The notes below the pieces were generated by a model. That model did not search any database and had not been told where the DNA came from. It was given only the letters and a program-made list of their open reading frames with translations. DNA of 32,000 bases from Acaryochloris marina S15. Its GTDB lineage: Bacteria > Cyanobacteriota > Cyanobacteriia > Thermosynechococcales > Thermosynechococcaceae. The position numbers were made by a program, and so were the translations under genes. Below, piece by piece: positions 1 to 10,300 of the stretch (within the stretch, counting starts at the first letter, position 1; every line of letters begins with the position of its first letter). Location of the stretch: the NCBI RefSeq assembly GCF_018336915.1, contig NZ_CP064923.1, forward strand, positions 1,980,001-2,012,000, written 5' to 3'.

Positions 1-12
1 TTTAGATAACAG

Positions 13-639
13 ATGAGCTTTGATCATCCACCTCGGATCTTATTTCTGTATGGCTCTCTAAGAGAGCGTTCCTACAGCCGTCTTCTGGCAGAAGAAGCAT
101 CTCGCATTATTGAAGAGATGGGGGCAGAAGTGCGCTTTTTTAACCCTCGGGGACTGCCATTACATGGTGCTGAATCCGATTCCCATCCCAAAGTTCAGGA
201 GCTGCTGACCCTCGTCCAATGGTCAGAGGGGCAGGTTTGGTCCAGTCCAGAGCTCCACGGCAATATTTCTGGGTTGATGAAAACCCAGATTGACTGGATT
301 CCTTTGAAGTTGGGAGCTGTAAGGCCAACCCAAGGCAAGACACTTGCAGTGATGCAGGTCTCCGGGGGTTCCCAGTCTTTTAATGCGGTCAATACAATGC
401 GGCTGCTGGGTCGGTGGATGCGAATGTTTACCATCCCTAATCAATCGTCTGTTCCCAAGGCATATCAGGAATTTCATGAGGATGGACGGTTTAAAGACTC
501 GGCTTATCGTGATCGTGTGGTGGATGTGATGGAAGAACTGTATCGGTTTACTTTGCTGCTTCGCGATAAAGTGGATGACCTCACGGATCGCTACAGTGAA
601 CGCAAGGCTCAGCAACAGGCAGACATCTCTAAAATCTAA
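13..639 (+). CDS. arsH: ArsH-type NADPH-dependent FMN reductase
   Basis: 208-aa ORF starting at ATG 13. The N-terminal [23 protein letters not shown] and the flavodoxin-like NADPH:FMN reductase layout match ArsH as I know the family. The minus-strand ORFs at 140-615 are antisense shadows. Confidence 0.8.
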   Translation: MSFDHPPRILFLYGSLRERSYSRLLAEEASRIIEEMGAEVRFFNPRGLPLHGAESDSHPKVQELLTLVQWSEGQVWSSPELHGNISGLMKTQIDWIPLKLGAVRPTQGKTLAVMQVSGGSQSFNAVNTMRLLGRWMRMFTIPNQSSVPKAYQEFHEDGRFKDSAYRDRVVDVMEELYRFTLLLRDKVDDLTDRYSERKAQQQADISKI

Positions 640-788
640 TTACATTCCATTGGCATAAGCTTGAGCAAACTTCCAACGCCATTTGTGAATGGCTCAAAAA
701 CCACAGAACAGGTTTCTAAAACAAGTTCTAGACCTCAGGGAAAAAGTACCGTAAAGTAGCTAGCAAGTACACTTCAGGCAGCCCCATC

Positions 789-1094
789 ATGATTCCTGGC
801 GAACTCTTTCCTGAAACAGGCGATATTGAACTTAATGCAGGCCGGGCAACGGTGAAGGTGGCTGTTGCAAACACCGGCGATCGCCCGGTGCAGGTAGGAT
901 CTCATTTTCACTTTTATGAAGTGAATTCAGCTCTCGAATTTGATCGGGAACAAGTGAAAGGGATGCGGCTAGATATTCCTGCGGGAACAGCCGTGCGCTT
1001 TGAACCAGGCGACCAGCGGGATGTTACTTTGGTGCCTTTGGTCGGGCAACGAAAAGTGTTCGGATTTAATGGCAAAATTCAAGGTAGTTTATAG
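789..1094 (+). CDS. ureB: urease subunit beta
   Basis: 101 aa, MIPGELF...[17 protein letters not shown]...[15 protein letters not shown]...LV. This is a full-length match to the canonical UreB pattern. Starts at ATG 789. Confidence 0.95.
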   Translation: MIPGELFPETGDIELNAGRATVKVAVANTGDRPVQVGSHFHFYEVNSALEFDREQVKGMRLDIPAGTAVRFEPGDQRDVTLVPLVGQRKVFGFNGKIQGSL

Positions 1095-1271
1095 TCTATT
1101 TTGGTTGAATTTATTAGATATTAAATTGTCTTTAACTCTCTATTTTATATCTCTTTATTGACAAATAGAGATTGATAAAGATTTCCTTGCCTATCTGAGT
1201 TTGAATTCAATTCGTTTTTTAGGCTTAAAGTTATTAGCCAGAGGAAAACCATTATCCTCTCATGATTCGTT

Positions 1272-1307
1272 ATTCTGTTGGTGGAACCCCTAACAGAATT
1301 GTTTTTT
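1272..1307 (+). terminator. intrinsic-terminator-like hairpin plus T-tract between ureB and the giant sensor gene
   Basis: ATTCTGTT (1272-1279) pairs perfectly with AACAGAAT (1292-1299). The stem can extend by G1280-T1291 and G1281-C1290. It is followed by TGTTTTTT (T run 1302-1307). The stem is AT-rich and therefore weak. Confidence 0.4.
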
Positions 1308-1355
1308 GTGGGGCATCCTCAATAGAACGGTGCATTGTTAAGGAGCCAGTTCCAG

Positions 1356-4300
1356 ATGGAGCCCGCTATCTCCCAATACTTACCTCAGTACAAATTTTTG
1401 GAAGTTTTGTACGACAGTAAGCAAACGCGAGTTTATCGAGGGATTAGGATAGCGGATCAGTTGCCTGTGGTCATTAAAACTACGGCTCCATTTCAGCCTT
1501 GGCCGTTTGCTGAGCATGTTGCTTTTCGCAATCAATTTACGATTGGTCGCAATCTTCAGCATCCTGGCATTATCCAGATGCTGAGCTTGGACTCTTTTGA
1601 TAGCACCTATGCCTTGGTGATGGAGGATATGCAAGGCATTTCTTTAGCCGATTTTCTCAAGTCTCCTGTTTCCTTGACGGATGGTTTGCACATTGCTCTT
1701 CAACTCACTGATGTGCTCCACTATTTATGCCAACAACGGGTTATTCATAAGGATATTAAACCTGCAAATATCATTATTCATCCTCAAAGCAAACAGATAA
1801 AGCTCACTGATTTTGGAATTGCCTCTTTACTTCCCAGGGAAACCCAAGAAATTCAGAGCCTTAATGTTTTAGAAGGGACCTTGGCTTACCTTGCTCCTGA
1901 ACAAACGGGACGAATGAATCGAGGTGTAGATTATCGGACCGATTTCTATTGTCTGGGGGTAACGCTGTATGAGGTGCTAACGGGACAGCTACCGTTTCAG
2001 TCAGAAGACTTGATGGAGTTGGTTTATGACCAGATTGCTAGGGTGCCCACTCCTCTAACAGACATCAATCCTAAAGTGCCAGTACCCATTGCAAATATTG
2101 TTCTGAAGTTGTTGGCGAAGAACGCAGAAGATCGCTATCAGAGTGCCTTGGGATTGAAGCATGATTTGGAACTTTGTCTGACTCAGTTGACTGAGGGAGA
2201 AGAGATTGAGCCTTTTGAATTGGGGGTGCGGGATGTCTGCGATCGCATCTTGATACCCGAAAAACTTTATGGCCGTGAAGCTGAAGTCAAAACCCTGCTG
2301 GATGCCTTTGACCGAGTTGCTCAGGGTAGCTCAGAGCTACTGTTGGTGGCTGGCTTCTCTGGCATCGGTAAAACCGCTGTGATCAACGAAGTTCACAAAC
2401 CCATTACCCGCCAAAATGGCTACTTTATTAAGGGTAAGTTCGATCAATTCAACCGCAATATTCCTTTTTCTGCTTTTGTGCAAGCGTTTCAGAGCTTGGT
2501 GGGGCAGTTACTGGGTGAATCGGATACGGCTTTGGCAGATTGGAAAGCCAAAATTTTAAATATCTTGGGAGAGAATGCTCAGGTTCTGATCGACGTCATA
2601 CCAGAGTTAGGGCAGATCATCGGTGCACAACCTGCGGTGACTGAGCTATCGGGTATGGCCGCTCAGAATCGGTTTAATGTGCTGTTCGGCAAATTTATGC
2701 AGATTTTTGCCAGTGCAGAGCATCCTTTGGTGATTTTCTTGGATGATTTGCAGTGGGCAGATTCAGCGTCTTTGAATTTGTTAACGCTGCTGTTTGATGC
2801 ATCAGAGTCGGGCCATCTATTGGTGCTGGGGGCCTATCGGGACAATGAAGTATGTTCAGCCCATCCCTTGATGCTGACATTGCAGGGGCTACAAGAACAG
2901 GAAGGACTCCTGCATACATTAACCCTGGGACCGTTGGCTCAATCTGATGTCAATCAGTTAGTGGCGAAGACGCTCCTATGTCCGCCTAACATTGCTACGC
3001 CCTTATCTCAGCTGCTGTATCAAAAAACAGGTGGAAATCCATTTTTCACGACTCAATTTTTATTGGAACTATACGATCAGCGCTGTATTTACTTTGATGG
3101 CGATGCTGGCCATTGGCTCTGTCATTTAGCAAAGGTTCAACAACTAGCCTTAACAGATAATGTTGTAGAGTTCTTAATCGAAAGATTAAAACAATTACCT
3201 GAAAAAAATCAAAAAATACTTAATATCGCAGCTTGTTTGGGAGATTCGTTTAATTTATCCACCTTAGGGATTATCACTCAGCAATCCCATGCAGATCTGG
3301 CTGATAGCCTATGGCCCAGCTTGCAGATGGGAATCGTCATCCCGAAAAATAGCACTTACAAATTTTTTCAGGGTACTCCACAGGAACCCTCTGCAACGGT
3401 TCCTGTCGCCTATGAATTTCTCCATGATCGAGTTCAGCAAGCTGCCTATGAGTTGGCCAGTCATGAACAGGATGCCCTATTACTCAGACTAGAGATTGCC
3501 CGTAAACTCTTACAAAAGCATGGCTCTAAAGATGACCAGCGGCAGCTATTTCTGATTGTTGAGAACTATAACCAGGGTGCATCTATCCTCAATACACCAG
3601 AGGAGAAATTTCTACTCTTTTCTCTGAATCTTCAGGCGGGTCAACAGGCACTTTCTACCCTTGCCTATGACACTGCGAGCCTTTATTTCTCTAAAGCAAG
3701 GAGTCTCTATGAAGACTACGGCATTACCCATGAGGACTTAAAGTTCGAGCTTGATTGCGCATCGATTGAAGCTGAATATCTCAATAGTCGATGGGATCAA
3801 GCGACAGAACTACTGGAAACACTTCCCCTGTCCCGCCTGAATGAACATCAACAGCTTCATATCACTGCCCTAACCATTCGAGTGTGGGTTGCTCAACAGC
3901 GGTTTGTGGAGGCGCTGGATCGGGGAGTGTCTGTTCTGGCTAGCCAAGGAATCCATCTAGTCAGCCTTGCCGAAAATGATCGCATCAAAGCTCAGTTGCT
4001 CACAAGTCAACTTGAGAAAATTCCAGCGATGGAGGGCAACATCACCCTGAAGATGGGAATTTTGCTGGAGATGTGTAGCTCTGCCATTTTTACCAATCCG
4101 CCCCTATTTTTCCAAATTATCCTGACCTTGGTGGATCTTTCCCGGCAGTTTGGCTACTCGGAACTGTCGGCCTTTGGCTTTGCGAATTACGGCATGCTGT
4201 TAGGCAATATGGAGGATTATGGGGCTGCTGATGCAGCGGGCCAAGTCTCTCAAGTCTTGCTGAACCACTTCAATAGCAAGCTCTTGCGTACCAAGGTCGA

Positions 4301-7300
4301 TATGGTGCACTTCTCCTATGTGGCATCTATTCAAACCCCCTTACGAAACTGTTTGCAGCCTTTGGCCAGAGGCTATCAGAACGGCTTAGACGTGGGTGAC
4401 CTAGAATTCTCAGGATATTGTGCCAATAACTATTGCACGTATCTTTGGATGAGTGGCAAACCTCTGGAAGAGATCCTAGACATTCAAAAAACGTATATTA
4501 GTTGGCTCCAATCAAAAAGACTGTTTTTTTCATGGGCCTATGTACAGTTTTGGCACCTGTTGTCCCTCAATCTCTCGGGTCAATCCAGTCGTGTTACCGA
4601 GTTTAAGTCAGAAGACTTTGATGAGTCTGGGGTCGTCGCTCAACTTGAAGAAGTCCAGGCAGGGACGGCTCTATATGCCTACTATTTGGCAAAAGGTATT
4701 TTGTTTGTCTATCTAGACCTATGGGAAAAAGCAGAGAGTGCTTTTCAGAAAGCTGCAAACTATCAATCATCTATTGCTGGCTATCAGGCGAAGCTGTTGC
4801 CGTTCTATCGGGGAATAACAGCCGCCAATCTTGATGGAGAATCAGCCTGCATTAACCCTGGGAAGGAGTTCTTGTCTAAGCTGGCCAAGTTTGCCCCCGA
4901 AAACTTTCATCACAAATATCAGCTGGTGCTGGCGGAGCAGCATCGTTTAGCACAAAATTATGCTGAAGCCATTGCTGGTTATGAAGCAGCCATTCAGGGG
5001 GCTAAAGAGAATCAATATCTCCAGGACGAAGCCCTTGCCCATGAGCTAGCGGCTAAATTTTATCTCAACTGGGGTAAAGAAAAGGTAGCTGCAGGCTTTA
5101 TGCAAGATGCTTACGGTTGCTATGCCCGTTGGGGAGCCCAAGCAAAAACGAACGCCCTGGAACAGCACTACCCTGATTTACTGCAACCGATCTTGCAACC
5201 TACTCCTCAGCCCATCAATCCTTGGGACTCTTTAGCGAGTCTGGCTCGGCTGAACCTTTCGATTCATTCTTCTGCTTCGGTTCAGTCTCCTTCCACCAGT
5301 ATCAATACAGCTTTTGATTTAACTGCGCTCCTCAAAAGCAGCCAAGCCCTTTCGGAAAGTCTCAACTTTGATGAATTGCTAGAACGACTAGCGCCAATGA
5401 TGCTGCAAAATTCTGGCGCAGATCAGCTGGTTCTGTTGTTGCCTGAGTCAGAGGGGAGCTGGCAGATTCGGGCCACGGCTACCCCTGACCATACTCATCT
5501 GTCTTCTGTTCCTTTGGCAGAGGATTCTGATTTACCGACTCAATTGATTCAGTATGTCAAAAATACCCAAGAAGTGCTGGTCGTTGATGATCTCAAGACT
5601 GACTTGCCGATCGTGGACGATTATTTTCAGGTGCATCAGCCTCGGAGTGTTGTGTGTTTACCGATTCGGTATCAGGGAGAACTCAGTGGGTTGCTGTATT
5701 TGCAGAATCAATCTACGTCTGGTGTATTTACGCGCGATCGCATCACCGTACTCAATTTTCTCTGTTCTCAAGCTGCCATCGCGCTAGAAAATGCTCGACT
5801 TTATCAAACATTAGAACACCATGTTGATGAGCGAACTCAAGCGCTCCAGAAAAATCAATATATTTTGGAAAACCTACTGTTCAGCACTGGGTCAGTGACG
5901 GGAGAAGCAGTGTTTCCCACTCTGGCAGAACAAATGGCAAATGCCCTGCAATGTGCCCATGTGTTGATATCCCAAATCCGTGGAGATACCTTAGAAACCT
6001 TAGCTTGGTATACCAATAATCAGTTACAGGCAAAATTGACCTATCCCAGGGCTCATACCCCCTGTGAAGTCTCGATTCAGCAGGGCAATCACTATTGTCC
6101 CTGTGGGGTACAGGAGGCCTTTCCCCTTGACCCTGATTTAGTCGAGATGGGGGTTGACAGCTATCTGGGCGTTGCCTTGAAAGATCGCACAGGGCAAGTG
6201 ATTGGCGTGATTTGTGTATTAGACTATGAAACCATTGAAAATATAGAATTTGCCCGTATGGTCCTGCAAGTTTTTGGGGAGCGGGCAGCGGCTGAATTAG
6301 AGCGTCAGCAAGCGCAGCAGGCGTTAGAACAGCTTAACTTAGAACTAGAGGTCCGTGTTCAAGATCGCACTGCCCAACTGGCCGCGTCAGAACAACGTCT
6401 GCAAACGTTATTCAACCAAGCAGTCGATGCTGTCGTATTACTTGGTGAAGAAGGGTTTATCGATTGCAATCAGGCAGCCATTGATCTGTTCGGATATGCC
6501 AATAAGACTGAAATAGTAGCACTACAGCCCCACCAGCTTTCACCGGAGAGGCAAGCCGACGGTCAACGCTCAGCAGATAAGGTTGAAACCATCATGCAGG
6601 AAACGCTCCAAAAGGGAAGTTCCCAATTTGAGTGGCTCCATCAACGTGTCGATGGAGAAACCTTTTGGGCAGAAGTTTCCCTGACGCCGATTCAGTATCA
6701 GGGAGAACTGATCGTTCACAGCATTATTCGAGATATTAGCGTTCGCAAGGCCGCTGAAATATCTTTACGGGCAAGTGAGGCTAAATTCCGTAACCTACTT
6801 TCCAACCTTGATGGTGCAGTTTACCGCAGCCAGTATGATATCGATTGGACGCTAGAGTTTGTCAGTGACGCCATTGCCGACCTATCCGGTTATCCTGCTG
6901 CTGACTTTATCAATAACCGACATCGTAGCTACGCCAGCATTATCCACCCTGAAGACGTTGCCCTAGTGGATCAACTTGCGTCCCAAGCCGTTGCTGAGCA
7001 CCAATCCTTCACGATGGAGTATCGGATCATCCATCGAGATGGCTCAACCCGTTGGGTCACTGAAAAGGGGAAAGGCATTTTTAATGAAACCGATCAACTC
7101 CAATATTTCGAAGGAGTGATTTTTGATATTAGCGATCGCAAACAACGTGAACAGGAACAAGCAAGACTCAATGCAATTCTAGAAGCCACTCCAGATTATA
7201 TTGGCATTGCTGACCCTCAGGGAAATACCATCTGGAACAATCAAAGGCTCACGGAATTACTGGATCTGCCTGATGCTTCAGAGCTAAAAAAAGAACAAAT

Positions 7301-10300
7301 TTCCCTCGCTTCCTTTCATCCAGAGTGGGTTCACCAAATATTTACAGAAGAGGCATTTCCTACCGCAGCCAGAGAAGGCACCTGGTTAGGAGAAACGGTC
7401 GTTATAGATGCCAAAGGTAGAGAAGTTCCTGTTTCTCAAGTTATCATTGCCCATCAAAATCCGGCAGGGGAAATAGAAAATTTCTCGACTATTATGCGAG
7501 ATATTAGCGATCGCAAGCAAATGGAGACGGCGCTCCAGCTAAGTGAAGCCCGAGCCAAATCTACTTTTGAGCAAGCAGCCGTGGGTTTCTTAGAAGTAGA
7601 GGTGAGCACCAAACAATGTATTCGAGTGAACGACCATTTTTGTAAGCTTATCGGTTACACCAGGGTTGAACTCTTGGGTATGACGGTTGCTGAGCTGACT
7701 CATCCAGATGATATCCCTGCATCTAAAGAGATGATGCAAACGCTTTATTCAGGGGAAATTGAGAAATTCACTCTGGAAAAACGCTATTTGCGGAAGGATG
7801 GTACCTACTTTTGGGCTGAGACAACGGTCTTTTCCGTTGAGCTGCAAGATGGCGAAGCCGTTTATAGCGTTGGGCTAGTGCAAGATATTAGCGAGAAAAA
7901 ACGCTTGGAACTGGAGCGAAAACAGGCTGAGCTCGCTCTACAGATCAGTGAGGCGAGAGCGAATGCAGGGTTTGATCAAGCCGCTCTGGGTATTGTTGAA
8001 AGTGAAATGAAGACTGGGAAACTGCTTCAAGTTAATGATTTTTATTGTGAGCTGGTTGGCTATACGCACAGGGAACTGGAACAAATGTCCGTTTCAGAGT
8101 TAACTTACCCAGAAGATCGGCCCGAATCGAAGCGGTTAATTCAGGACTTATATCAAGGGAAAATTCAAGATTTCTCTATAGAAAAAAGATATATCCACAA
8201 AAATGGCTCGATTGTTTGGTCTTTAACAACAGTTACTCTCGTAAAGCTACCGGATGGAAAATCCCAATATTGCTTGGGGATGATCCAAGATATCACCGAG
8301 AAAAAGCGGCTAGAGTTTGAGCGCGAACAGGTTGAAGCAAACTCTCGGCTATTGGCATCAGTCGTTGAGTCTACTGAGGATGCCATTATCACCAAAGACT
8401 TAGATGGCACCATCACTAGTTGGAACCAAGCGGCCATCGATTTATTTGGCTATACCGCAGCCGAAGCGATTGGCCAGCCCATTGTGATGCTTTTCCCACG
8501 GGATCGGCTAGAGGAAGAAATCGAAATTATTGCTCGACTTAAGAATAAAGAGTGTATTGAGCATTTTGAAACGATTCGAATGCATAAAGTAGGGTATCCG
8601 ATTGAGATTTCAGTCACTATTTCTCCATTGACTGATAGTCAGGGAGAGGTGATCGGAGCCTCTAAAATTATCAGAGATATTCGTGAGCGCAAAGCTAAAG
8701 AACAAGAACTGATTCTCACAAAGTTTGCTCTTGAAAATACAGCTATTGGCATTTTTTGGATTAATTCAGATGGGCAGTTTGTCAATGTGAATGAGGCTGC
8801 TTGTATTCACTTAGGCTATAACCAAGACGAGCTGAAAAATATTTTTGTATGGGATATTACACCTGAGTTTTCTATAAGAGATTGGCCTAGTTATTGGGCT
8901 GAGGTTAGCAATAAAGGCTATTCAAGATTTGAATCTTTTCATCAAGCTAAAGATAAAACTATCTTTCCAGTAGAAGTCACTAGTAACTATGTAGAGTACA
9001 AGGGCATTGGTTATTTGTTTGCTCAAGTACAAGATATTAGTGAGCGTAAATCTGCTGAAAAAGAGCGTATCCTCACTCAATTTGCGTCAGAGAATACGGC
9101 TACTAGCATTCTCTGGATTAATCAAGAGGGCGGTCTAATTAATGTTAATCGCTCGACCTGTGCCATCTTAGGCTATACCCCTAGGGAGCTGAAGCAGATG
9201 TCTATTTGGGATATCGATCCCTCGTTTCCTGCAAAGACCTGGCCAAATCGTTGGGAACAGCTCAGTCTAAATGGATATGAACGGTTTGAATCCCTTTATC
9301 AAGCCAAAGATGGCTCAACTTTTCCAGTAGAAATTATGGGTAACTACCTGGAGTATGAGGGAGTTGGCTACGTTTTTGCAGAAGTTCAAGATATTAGCGA
9401 TCGCAAACGAGCTGAGAAAGTATTGCAGTTCACCCAATATTCTGTCGACAATGCTGCCGACTGTATCTTCTGGATTAAGCCTGAGGGTGGCTTTGCCTAT
9501 GCCAATCATGCTGCTTCACGCATGCATGGCTATACCAGTGATGAGCTGATGTTATTGTCCGTATTTGATGTTAATCCCACCATCCCTCAAACATTTTGGC
9601 AGCCCCATTGGCAGGCAATCAAAGAACAGGGGAGTGTGAGTTTGGAGTCCCACCATCAAACTAGAGATGGGCAATTGTTCCCGGTGGAAATAGTTGCCAA
9701 TTACTTAGAGTTTGAAGGAGAAGAATATAACTTTGTTCGAGTACGAGATATTAGTGCTCGTAAAGCTGCGGAACAGGAACTCATTCTCAAACAAAATCAT
9801 TTAGAAGCCTTACTCAATAATATTCCCTATATTGCCTGGATCAAAGATGCGGAAAGTCGCTTTATTGCCGTCAATGAACCCTTAGCCCAAATGCTGGCCC
9901 TCACGCCAGCCGATATAGCAGGCAAGACCGACGATGATCTTTTCCCCATGGAGATTGCTCGCAGTTACCAAAAAGATGACTTGCAGGTCTTAACTTCGGG
10001 TATCCGAAAAGTGCTTGTAGAGAAAATTCGACGGGGAGATGGCAGCTGGAGATGGCTAGAAACTACGAAAACCCCGTTCCGAGATCCTCAAGGCCTGTTT
10101 GCTGGGACGGTGGGTATTGCAGCAGATATCACGGATCGAAAAATTGCAGAACAGGAACTTTATGAATCCAAGCAGCTGCTTCAGTTGGTCTTAGATACCA
10201 TTCCCCAAAAGGTTTGTTGGAAAGATAGAAACTCTGTTTATCTTGGCTGTAACCAGGCCTTTACCGAAATGGCCGGTTTCACTTCATCCGATGAACTGGT

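Noticed and set aside
223-615. A 130-aa minus-strand ORF, and two shorter ones, antisense to arsH.
   Set aside because: They are fully contained in the well-supported arsH frame. The composition is low-complexity and there is no recognisable family.
746-773. NtcA-like site GTA-N8-TAG (746-759) plus TACACT (768-773) upstream of ureB, suggesting nitrogen control of urease.
   Set aside because: The right half-site is TAG, not TAC. The gap to the TAN3T-like box is about 8 nt rather than the ~22 nt expected for NtcA-activated promoters. The site lies only about 30 nt from the start codon. This is not good enough to call.
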